Assembly: GCA_030704615.1 (NCBI GenBank)
Contig: CM060734.1
Coordinates: 56,730,001 to 56,794,000 of the forward strand
Length of the DNA: 64,000 nt
Source of the DNA: Takakia lepidozioides
Taxonomy: Eukaryota; Plantae; Bryophyta
Direction: 5' to 3'
Part shown: piece by piece, positions 12,359-23,127 of the stretch
Layout of the letters: each line of letters starts with the position of its first letter
Numbering within the stretch: the stretch's first letter is position 1
Notes under the pieces: model-generated
Database searches by the model: none
What the model was told of the DNA's origin: nothing
The model's input: the letters and a program-made list of their open reading frames with translations, nothing else
Program-made: the position numbers and the translations under genes

Positions 12359-14274
12359 TTCTATGTGAATTCAAATTAAAGACAAAGATACTAGTTTGTT
12401 AGTTGAAACAAATAAAATAATTATGAATTAAAAAAAATATTTGTCGTACAACAATGATAATTGTTATGCATAATTCATGTAAAAAAGAAAAACCAATAGA
12501 ATATATGGCTCTGATCCGTATTGTGGTGTGTGATTGGGAACCCCATATCTCTTTGATTCACTCCAACAAGAAAGAAGATGAGCATTCAAAACCACATTAT
12601 AGACAAAACCTCCACGACCTAGTGGTCATTGGTTTGTCTTAGTTGTCTAATAAATTATGTCATAAAGCTAATGTACTCTTAGGATAGATCTCTCTCCCTT
12701 GATGAAAGGACATGCACACACCCTTTCTCTTAGAACACACAAGACACATTACTTTTAGAGTGTCTATATTTGGATGGATGATAGACACATATTGAAACTT
12801 GGATGTGTATAAGAACACAACTCATGGACTCTTCGTATACTTGGCAACTAATCATTGGCTTATCCAACAGTTCTATCAAAACTGTGTTGTAACAAAGTGG
12901 TTTTGTTTATGATACAGGACAATAGTTGTTGTGCCAAACTTATCAAGCCTATAATTGTGATATAATATTACGGTGAGCAAAGGCTAGATCTCATGAAATA
13001 TTTGTTAAAATTCACAAGTGGGTGAATGTTGCACTTTGATGGGCAGATGAACTTGATATTCATGATTCATCACCCATGCTTTTTAGCAAACGACTCCATG
13101 GACACAATGGGCTTCACCAAATTCAAGAGAAAAGAAATGGTGTATGGAATATATTCAACATGTTCCAAAACAAAAACCCAATATGATTTTGGCAGTAGAG
13201 TGATTATAAATTCAACTGTTGTTGCTTGATTTGTCTCGATCACCGGAAGGACCCAAAACCAAACATGTATATTAATTTCTATTGGGCCAAGAAGCTTTTT
13301 TGGCGAACAAGCCAAAAAACTGAATGTCGAGCTCTATCTGGTAGAAAACCAACATTCATGGAAACTGACCACATGGAAAGTGAGCTAACTTGCCCCCTAC
13401 CACCTCAAAATCTCTTAGAAAAATCCACTGTATAAGTACTTGGGAGATTATAATGTTTTGATGGAGGGGTAAAAACTCTGAAAATTCCTAAAAATGCGAA
13501 GATGTTTTTTGGGAGTATTACATTAGGCTTCATCAGATAACCAACCTTCCCACCAATTTCAAAAAAATAAAATAAAATAAAACTCTTGTGTGCCAAGAGC
13601 AAGTCAAGGATGGGCAGCCCTAAAATTCACTTATAAGGCATTTTGAGGAGTGAGATCTTCTCTGCCCTCTAAATAAGACGTGGTTAAAAATGATCCGAAA
13701 TTCCTCATTCTCAAAATGGTGATGGACTTTTGCAACCTGCACCAATTTGCAATACAGCAGATGCATGCCTGTCAAGATCTTGTGAAAATTAAAGAAGTAG
13801 GTACATGGAAGTTCCCTTCTAATCCACCAAAGTGGGTCCTAAGCTGATTCAGATCAAGTTTTCATACAATCAACGTTTTAGTTTGCCCAAAGATCCTATC
13901 TCTGCACACTTCTATAATTCTCTCTGCTTCAAGCATCAATGCGGGGCCTAAATACATAGAAGGGTCGCCCGGCCCCAAAATATACTTATTGAGAGGAAGC
14001 ACACCGAGCCTTCTAACTGAAAACTGCCTGCCTGCCCTCATTGACTTTGACATCGCCTTCTTCCTCCTTGCTTTCTCTAGCCATCATGTGCAACGAGAGA
14101 GATATCGAAAGAGAGAGAAACAGACCCGACGGTTATGGTTGGCGCTACCCCAGATACAGTTTGGGGCCAATATTTGCGGTAGAAACTCTCAGGTTTTTTT
14201 TTCACATGGTGGTTGTCTCATGTGAGATTCATAAACGAACCATGGTCATGGTCACTACTCTTTTGTAGCGTGGC

Positions 14275-15853
14275 AGTTATAGTCATTCTATTTTGCCTCT
14301 CCCCTGTCTTTTAGGTGAGGCTTTCACCTATTTCTGCCTGGGAAGATGTGAGGCCCAAGAAAAAAGATTGTGGTGAGATGTGAGCACGTCCACAAGCCTC
14401 TGTCTTTTAGCATTTCAAAGAGGATGTAGAAGCTAGCTTGACTGGTATCAAAGGTTTCATCAATTTTCATAATATATTTGAAGGTGTCCCTTCTGGAGTT
14501 TCCTTTGGAACAGATGCAACTAGAAGGGATGTTATAAATTTCATCTTTGCGAGTGTGTGAAGCTGTGAGAGCCTAGTAGTATCAAACCTAATTTGTCATA
14601 GTGGTCTTATTCAGAAAATTGAGTGATGTTTGTTATTGCAGGGATACATGATATGGGTGATGATGAGTTTTGACAAACTGAACATGGGTGCACGCACGTT
14701 AATGGTAAGAACAATTGTACATCAACTGCAATTTTTCTGATCCTTCACAGCTTGCAAGCTTCATTGGAAATAGTGAGCCAACAATTTAATCTAAGAAGAG
14801 GATGTAGGGTGCAGGAGGATAAAACTTGGTCTGCGTGGAGAGAATTTTGAAGCTTATGAGCACGCAATGAAGTTGCTATTTTCTTTTATGAAATCTGGAA
14901 AGCCAGATCATAAAGTACAGAGATCAAAACAGTTTAATGTCATTTGATGACTTTTGTATTGAATTTTGAAGAAAATGCACAACGGTGCTGTGTAAGATAC
15001 TGGGCCGTTGACCTCAGGGTACGGTATTCAAACCCCTCTCATTTGTCTCTTTGCCTTCGGGCTGGGGTTCTGCTCCTAAAACAAAAATCTTTGTATTTGT
15101 TATGGAACTTGTTTATTTATTATCTATGAAACAATTTTTCATTTCGAGAGTCTTAACATGTCCATGAAGGCATGTTTTACATCCAGGAAGACATGCTTTA
15201 CGTTGGACAGCTCTAAAATTATCATCCCTGAAGGCTCTAATCTTTAATTTTTAAAGGGAAATACTCGGGAGTGACCACTGACAAATCAGGCGGGCCCCTT
15301 AATTAGAGGAGAAAATAACGTCACCATTAGGCACCGAGCACAAGGCTCTAGGCACTGCCCAAGGGAAGGGCGAGGAGATTATACCACACTCGATAACGTG
15401 GGAGGATTTGAACACAGAATCACCTGGGTGGCACTCTGTGCTCTATCCAACTGAGCTACCGACTGGTGGATGTAGAATAACGAACAAACGAGAGTATATA
15501 TATAACTCGACAAAAGGTATACCGCACAAAGATGCGGCCAATCAGAATGCACAAAATAAAGAGGGTTGCTAATTACTTCCTCACATCTGCGTCCCCAGAC
15601 GCGATCTTCTCCGTCCAGAAACGCCACATCCGTCCTCTCGTAATTATAGTCGTTCTACTTTGCCCCTCCAGTCTTTCAGGGTCAGGCTTTCACCTATTTC
15701 TGCCTGGGAAGATGTGAGGCCCATGAAAAAAGATTGTGGTGAGATGTGAGCACGTCCACAAGCGTCTGGTTTTGAGCATTTCAAAGAGCATGAGGAAGAA
15801 GCTAGACGCTTATCAAAAAATTTGCCAATTTCGATAATATTTTTGAAGGTGTC
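14275..15853 (+). repeat. Dispersed direct repeat of about 210 bp (14275-14490 and 15642-15853)
   Basis: Near-identical core AGGCTTTCACCTATTTCTGCCTGGGAAGATGTGAGGCCCA.GAAAAAAGATTGTGGTGAGATGTGAGCACGTCCACAAGC in both copies. Confidence 0.85.
15241..15468 (-). mobile_element. tRNA-derived SINE, copy 2 (best preserved)
   Basis: Minus strand has A box GTAGCTCAGTTGG(ATAGAGC) and B box GTGTTCAAATCC, followed by a non-tRNA body shared with copies 1 and 3 and an A-rich tail. Confidence 0.8.
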
Positions 15854-16219
15854 TTTCTCATTAAAAAATAGAACATTCATGGCAAGTTTGATCTTAATGA
15901 TTCTTGCTAGTCCATAGAGTGTACATGGATGAGCACTGGCCCATAAGTACTTCCCAAGAGGGTGAGTCTTCAAAGCAAACTCGTTTGACAAGACCTTTGG
16001 AAAGCAGGGTCCAACCTAAGCCCTCCCAGGAAGTAAGTTATGGAAACTTTAGTTATACCAGGTTACAGTGATGTTGAGGTAAGTGAAGTGCTTCGGTGTT
16101 GGGCAGGCCAGGCCACACCAACTTGTCGCTCTGCACTCCAGCAATATGTAGCTACTCGTGGATGCTGGATGCAACTTCTCCACTTTCTGCCACACTTCTT
16201 GTGCCAGTGCTGAGACTTT

Positions 16220-19200
16220 CCTAGTCACTCCTTTTATTCCACTGATAGGTGGCAATTTCCCCTTGCTTTCCATGGACATTGCCAAGTTCATTTTGGTCTT
16301 TCTTTCTTTCATTCAGTTTTCTGGCTTTCTTCATGGCTGCTTTTCCATTCAATTGTAGTGATTCTTCTGGCTCGCAATCCTCCCTCCTTGTGGTTGGGGT
16401 GGATGAGCCCCAGGCATCCTACATCCATTGTCAGGTAATCTCTCTGTTGGTGTACATGTGCTGATGTCTATCTATTTTCAACAGCTCCATCCCTTGTTAG
16501 CTTGGGAGCACCTCCCATTTTGTAACCGCATGCAAATATTTTTATCTCCGTATATCTGGCTGTTTGCAACTCATGTGCCAGTGAAGGTCCTTGGTGGCAA
16601 TTGGCCAGCCATTAGGTGTATGTTGGAATAGCGGAGATGAAAGTCTCCGGGTGGCCACCCAGCATGTCCATTTGATTGTGGTGGAACAGCCCTACCTTCC
16701 ATCTTTTGTGGTTCGAGACTGCTGCAGGGAATGTCCATTGGATTCCAGCTGATTAGCCCCTGAATTATGCTTCCTCTTCTGTTGGGTACCCTCCGGTGCT
16801 TTCTTTGCACTAGCTCCCAGAGATGCATTTTTTCCACGTTTGGTACGGTCACTGGAGGGTGCAAGGCCATGTTCACCCTCCTTAGGCCTCCGTTCTTTTC
16901 TTGTACCGTGCTCCCCAGTGCTTTGGTGTGGACTGCGGAGAGGTGCTGCTGCAGGCAGTGGCCAACCATGTTGCCTCAGCAGGGGCTCTTTCCTCAACCC
17001 TCCTCTGCTCTCCACGTTCATGGGGGACTTCTGCCTGGAGGTTGTCAGCTTTCCATCAGGATAACTGGCAGCCCTTGGAATGGCATAGCCCCCACCATTC
17101 TCCACCTGAGATTGATTTCTACTCGGAGGGCCTGAATACCCATTCCCCACCTTACGGTCACGGTAGTCACCATGATCCCTTCCTTCAGTTGCCTCCCCAT
17201 ACTTTGGACTTCTTAAGGTATCCTGTCTTCTGCTTTTCCAGGGGGCCGGGGCCACGGGATCCTTGGTCTGTGTGTATGACTGCTGATTATGTTGCCAAGA
17301 ACCCATAGGGGCAGTCCTTTGCCTTGGACTCGCCGGTGAATGTTTCCTCACTCGGCTTCTGGAAAGCTCATAATAGTCTCTAGCAGGGGACATGGGTGCA
17401 TCCTTATACCTTTCCAATGGGCTTACCCGACTCCCATCCACATTGCGGAACTCTCTCCGAGGACTCGAAAGAATTCCCTGCCGCATGTTCATTTCTCGCT
17501 CTGTATAAGCCCCTCTAGCTGGCGACTTGCGAACGTCCACACCGTAGTACTCTGCAACTGCAGTCCCTGAAGTGTGGCTTTTCCTTGAATATTCCCTACC
17601 TACATTCATGGGGACGTCACTTCTTTTTGGGCTCATAGGTGCCTGATGTTGGGAGTGTGCGTGGGAAGTTTGGCGATCAGTTGAAGAGAAGATGGAGTTT
17701 CTAGGCTGCTCTGTTCCTGGGCTCTCTGGATATCCCTCCCAGAGAGACATGCCTATGGGTGTCACATGGCGAGGTCTTGTAGCCTCCCAGGGTGGACTCA
17801 GGGGAGCTACATCTCGAGCAGGGCTCATTGGAGCTCCTTGAGAAGTGACGAAATCATTCCTGAGAGGGCTCATTGGTGCTGAAATGTGGTGTGACAGCAT
17901 TGGTGCCAATTCTTGGCGCGGGGTGCAAAGTATGCCCATTGAGGGCTGGTAGCTGTAGAAATCCAGTCCAAAGCCTCCCCCAACTTTGCCCACTGCATCT
18001 TGATGTCCAGGTATGATGGAGCTTGTGCCCTGCTTCAGCCAGTATCCATTTTGATCAAACCGCTCCTGCATTCGCTCTGATACCCCTCCTCCATAGTCAT
18101 CTGGAAGCTCAGGGCCACCATAGCCATAATCATAAGTAGCTCTACCTTTGCTTTCGTCTTGTTTCATTCGAGTTGAACTCATAAAATCCATGTTTTCAGA
18201 AACACTGTAAATTTCGCGCTCGATTCCACCAATACACACTCTCTTTTTCACCAGCTCATATTTTTCAGGGACATTGTTGGACACCTCTGCCCCAGACTTT
18301 TCAGAGGTTGCCTGCACACCGGCAGTCTTTGGTCGAGGGTCAACCAAGAAATGGTGTGCTGTCAGTAGACATTGGCTTTCAAGAATTTTGAAGGAGTGCA
18401 TGTAAACTGAAAACACTCTCTCAATGCTTCCTAGGCAACCCAAACCTCTGGTTCTTTTATTATTGGGATCAATTTATGGTGACAGGTTGAAGGTTCTTGC
18501 TACCACATGAACTTCTTTCGGAAAGCTCAAAAACAGAAACTTGCACAACCGACAAGATCAACATGCCCGGGCAAATGGCTTATGCTAGCAAATCATATTA
18601 TCACTCAACTAACACAATGATTGGTTGATATTGAAACAGTTGTCATGCATCTGTCATTCTATGCAAGCAAGGGAAGAACTCCAGAGCTGGATTCGGAAAC
18701 ACAATCCCATGATGAGCTTTCTTTCCTGTCGTGGACATTGATAGCATGTGGATATGCTGGAGGTAGCATTGCCACAAGCGATCGCTCTATGACTCTGGTT
18801 TCTGCTGCTAAGCAAACTGGGGTGCGGCGGGCAGAGCAGATTATATCTACATAATGCTAGAACTAGATTTTGCAATTAGGATGGTCATTTGACAGGGGCA
18901 GTTGCAAAACAAGCCAGTTTGGAGATCCAGTCTTCGGGTATATAACAGTCTATTGATTCTGTCTTATATTTCCAGATTAAGCCTAAGAATTGCTGGCTTA
19001 CAGTGCGAAGCTGATTCTTGGTAATATAAAAGATGTTTGGTTTGAAACCAATTTCCTCATTCTAATGTGTGCTTCCAGGGCTATAAAGAAGCGATGCTAT
19101 GGTGTTTGGAATGGGTTAAAAAGACTTGTTTGGAGGGGTTGGATGAGACAACACTCACTGCCTTGATCTGGGAGAAGTGTTGTTTGGAGGGGTTGGATGA

Positions 19201-19884
19201 GGCAACAGTCGCTGTGTTGATCTGCGAGGAGACTTTTTTGGAGGGGTTGGATGAGGCAACAGTCGCTGCGTTGATCTGGGAGGCGACTTGTTTGGAGGGG
19301 TTGGATGAGGTAACATTCGCTGCGTTGCTCTGGGGTAAAGGGTAGGCTCCTCTCTTTGCTGCGAAGTAAGCCAATGCCCCTGCATGCGCTAGCTGGCTTT
19401 GGAGGCTGTGTCTGTCGGTAACACCGCGCCCCCCATTTACCTCCATTGCTCTGTGAACACTACGCGAATCTAGGTTTCTGTTTGCTTGACCCACTTCAGC
19501 ATCTTTGTGTTGAGTTGGAAGGAACCGTGTGTCGTTCTGTTGTCTCCCGGTACTCTCTGGGAACGTCTGTCCGCCAGCATAATTTTCTTCAAGACGATGC
19601 GTAGGTTTTTCTGGTCCAACGTAGTTTCTTATAGCTCTAGCCAGGGAGGTCGCTTCCACTGGAGAAGTAGCAAAAGTGACATTTCTTGCAGTTCCATTCG
19701 CTGCACTGCGTCGCACTCTCTGATCTGTTGGCCGCTGATCGGTTGGCTCCCCTGACCCGGTACGTGCATAGTGGGGAGAGGAACTGCGAGTAGGTGAGGC
19801 TCTACGCCGGGATATTGTCTCGGAAGGGCGTGGGCGTGATCCCCCGTTGCGGCGTGCATAGCTTGAGCGATAGCGGCCCTCCAT
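16220..19884 (-). CDS. Uncharacterised, largely disordered S/P/R/G-rich protein (multi-exon; main exons about 19884-19160 and 18360-16696; splice path partly uncertain)
   Basis: Two long co-oriented ORFs (295 and 583 aa) with coding-like composition; likely start MEGRYRSS at 19884; no recognisable domain. Confidence 0.6.
19126..19335 (-). repeat. 54-bp tandem repeat x4 encoding SSNPSKQVASQINAATVA
   Basis: TTGTTTGGAGGGGTTGGATGAG-like unit starts at 19126, 19180, 19234 and 19288. Confidence 0.92.
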
Positions 19885-20192
19885 TTCAAAAGAGCTTGGG
19901 GCCTGGGCTTCTTCTACGGTGACTACAAGCCCATAAGGACGGAGGGGACAGATTTGTGAGACAGACACAGTAGAAGACGGAAGTGAGATCTACTGATGGG
20001 AGACCGAAAATTACAAAATCCATGGATGCATGCAGCTCGAGTCCCACATTTTGATACTCGTCAACACATACTACTGAATAAATAAGAGGAGGAGGAGAAG
20101 AGAAAAGAAAAGAAACTCGAAGGAAGACGGAGAGGAGGGAATCAGAGTGGGAGAAACCCAAAAACTAATTCAAATCAACTTCCAGATACGTT

Positions 20193-20238
20193 AGAGAGAG
20201 AGAGAGACAGAGAGAGAGAGACAGAGAGAGAGAGAGAG
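20193..20238. repeat. (GA)n microsatellite in the divergent promoter region (possible BPC/GAGA-factor site)
   Basis: AGAGAG run interrupted twice by AC. Confidence 0.85.
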
Positions 20239-21022
20239 TACCCTGACCCGCTTGTGTCAAGACGATCCCGAGTCCGCCAGTACCTACTTATTCTTCAGAA
20301 GAGTTTCCTCGTCAACATGCCACACGCAACAGCTTCATGTCACAGCTTTCTCTTCCTCTGCACGATGGAGGTAGCATGTGCTGATGCCTCCGTGCTGTGG
20401 TTGCAAAGTGAAATCAAGAAAAGCTAGGGTGAATTGCAAGCAAAGTGAGATGTGTGGATCTTGGATCTTGCCACTCAAACAGGACAAACCGCTCTTTCAG
20501 TTGAATCTATGCAGCCTTTGCAACTGTTGGATGAAACCCATTGAGCATCCTCGGAATGCTCTCTTGCTCTGGAATGGACCTCACATCCATCAGCCTCCCC
20601 TACCTGGCAACCATGCTGTAACTACCTTTACTGTTAGCACTGCCAACCATATCCCCAACCACCAAAGGAATTCTGGCTAATCAAAACAATGCAGAACGGA
20701 GATCGTGCAAGAGAAAGTGAGAAAGAATCGGTGGACAGGGTTAAGCGGATAGGTAGTGGGTTGCGTGTCCAATGTCTGAAGGAGATGTCGATACTTCACT
20801 GATGCTTGCACCAATGAGCCAATTTAGCTAACCATCAAGATCATTGAGTGTACCTGAAATCCACGTATTCTTGAATACTGCCCATTGATTGCCGAAGAGA
20901 ACATGACCTATGGAACCGCACATGCACAACCTCCTCCTGCTTCAATCCTAACAGATCGTATAGCAAACACATACAGTGGGACGATTGTTTTCGTCGTTGT
21001 AAACAGTTAAGGTTTAGATGGT

Positions 21023-21030
21023 TAGGGTTT
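21023..21030 (-). promoter_or_regulatory. Telo-box (AAACCCTA) upstream of the ribosomal protein gene
   Basis: TAGGGTTT about 210 nt before the L11 ATG; telo-boxes are typical of plant ribosomal-protein promoters. Confidence 0.45.
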
Positions 21031-21232
21031 CGTTGCTCGATCGAGTGCAGTACAACACACCATCTGTGCACTCCGCTTGTTTCCTGTCTCCAAAATAAAA
21101 CCCATGTAGATCACTGGTCATGGGGCATCCTGTCTTTGGGTTTTTGATCGTGTGATGAATTTTCAGGTTTTGGGTCAAGGAATGTTCTGCTAGATAGGGG
21201 CTCATTGTCCCCTCACTGGAGCAGGGACTTCG

Positions 21233-21682
21233 ATGGCAGGCAGAGATCGGCAAGTGTCAGCCATCATTCGGCTTGTGGTGAATGCCGGGCAAGCAAAGCC
21301 AGCACCCCCAGTGGGCCCAGCGCTGGGGCAGCACCGATTGAATCTGATGGCCTTCTGCAAGGATTTCAATGCACGTACACAACAGTATAAATCAGATGTT
21401 CCCATGTCTGTGATGTTGACGGCTTACAAAGACAGCACGTTTGAGTTTGTGGTGAAGTCTCCTTCCGCCTCCTATTTCTTGAAGAAAGCGGCGGGGTTGC
21501 AGTCAGGAGGCGGCAGGGCCGGACATGAGACTGCAGGAGTTGTGACTTTGAAGCATATCTACGAAATTGCAAAGATCAAGCAGTTAGATCCTGACTGCCA
21601 GTATATGTCTCTGGAGGCTATTAGTAAATCCATCATGGGCACAGCCCGGTCCATGGGAATAGAGGTGGCGCGTGAACTGTGA
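21233..21682 (+). CDS. MRPL11: Mitochondrial large-subunit ribosomal protein L11 (uL11m), single coding exon
   Basis: IRLVVNAGQAKPAPPVGPALGQHRLNLMAFCKDFNART..FEFVVKSP..YFLKKAAG..IMGTARSMGIEV. The RLNLMAFCKDFNART..KHIYEIAKIK signature matches the plant mitochondrial rather than plastid paralogue; no long transit peptide. Confidence 0.93.
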   Translation: MAGRDRQVSAIIRLVVNAGQAKPAPPVGPALGQHRLNLMAFCKDFNARTQQYKSDVPMSVMLTAYKDSTFEFVVKSPSASYFLKKAAGLQSGGGRAGHETAGVVTLKHIYEIAKIKQLDPDCQYMSLEAISKSIMGTARSMGIEVAREL

Positions 21683-22225
21683 TTGCGACACATATCCCGA
21701 GTCTTAGGTCTCACCACGTTCACCATTTCGGGAGTCCGAAATATCTGCTGTTCTCAAGAGGTACAGCTTAGGTTATATGCAGGGGCTGTCATGTGCGGTG
21801 ACAATCTGGGGATGGCTGTATGTTCAAAGGCATTTTTGATATGATGAGAAGCAGTACCTCCTTGCAATTTTGTGCCACTTGGACACCCCCATATATGGCT
21901 TTAGCATTCCCACAAAAATTTCAGCAGTGGGAAGTTCTGGTGAACGAGCAAACAGGCAGTGTTTGAAATTTCATGCAGGTGCATTGATTTTGCTGGCATA
22001 TCTTTGTTAGGGGAAGTTGTGGTTGTTTTCCTTCCATAGAAACAGGGTAAGGTTTGCACACAGCTCAAGAGGGGGGCCTTACTAGCTGCCACTATGAGTG
22101 CTTCCAGATTGGGTATCACATTTGTAAGGCTTTTCCTTTCACTACTGCTTGAAGGTTGCAGCGTTTGAAGGAATCCGACATTTTGTTTCCGACAAATGTT
22201 TCCGACAATTTTGTTTCCGACCATG

Positions 22226-22344
22226 ATCTGTAATACAGGATATCAAAGACTCAACCCTACCTGCCTCCTATTTTGTCCGACAAAATGTTTGTGACAAAAT
22301 AGGAGGCAGGTAGGGTTGAGTCTTTGATATCCTGTATTACAGAT
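22226..22344. repeat. Perfect 52-bp inverted repeat with 15-nt spacer
   Basis: Arm 22226-22277 is the exact reverse complement of arm 22293-22344. Confidence 0.97.
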
Positions 22345-23127
22345 TTTGGTTAGGGTTGAGGGCTTATGTTCTCCTGGATAACTGTAACTGAAGCTGGATT
22401 GTTGTTGTGCAATTGAAATTGCTTTCCTGCGCCCAAATAGAGTAATACTCACCTCTCTTCCATGCAGCCATTTACAGATGCAAATCACAAATGGATAGTT
22501 GTGACTGTCTGCTCTGGCATGGATGGTTCTTAGAATCAGTGTACATACTCCAGTGTGCTTGAAGGTCAACACTTGGTGCTACATACTCTTAATTGTAATT
22601 GTGCTTTGTGTGCTTTGGTCGAGCATACTTGATAACTGTGTCAGCAGGATTGTTCAATCATTTGTTGAGTGTACAGCTTGTACAATGCTGTGTATGTGAA
22701 CTCCCTGGACAAATTTCTTTGGCCACCAGCCAATGGCAATAGAATTATGTTGTGGACATAGAGAGGCAATGACACAGATTGGCAATTGAATGATGCATGC
22801 TATTTCCTTTCTATTGCAATGAAAGCCTATGGGATGCAAGAGTGCACTCACTATGTTTCATGAAAAAGTTGTTTGCCTGGATGCAGTTTAAGGGTGGTTA
22901 CCAACCCATCTCATTTGCGAGAATTGAGTTTGAATCAATACACCGTGCCAGGGTTCAATGCGAGTTTGAGTTCTGTCTAGCTTTTAAGGAAAAAACTATG
23001 GTATAATCTCCACACAAATCTAGCCATAAATATCCAGCTAAGGTACAGCTTATGTTCCCAACTCAGGAGAGGCACATGCACTACAAAAATATGCTAAACT
23101 TTTATGCTCTACTGGAATGGAGATGGA

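Noticed and set aside
15395-15468. tRNA gene (also at 42201 and 1240)
   Set aside because: A/B boxes are present, but there is no proper acceptor or anticodon stem, and all three copies continue into a shared non-tRNA body, so these are SINE heads.
19067-19345. Plus-strand ORF with CLEGLDE repeats
   Set aside because: Antisense shadow of the 54-bp coding repeat.
21233-21682. Intronless L11 as bacterial HGT, contamination or retrocopy
   Set aside because: The sequence carries plant mitochondrial L11 signatures, sits among spliced plant genes with a telo-box upstream, and has no poly(A) or TSD scar.
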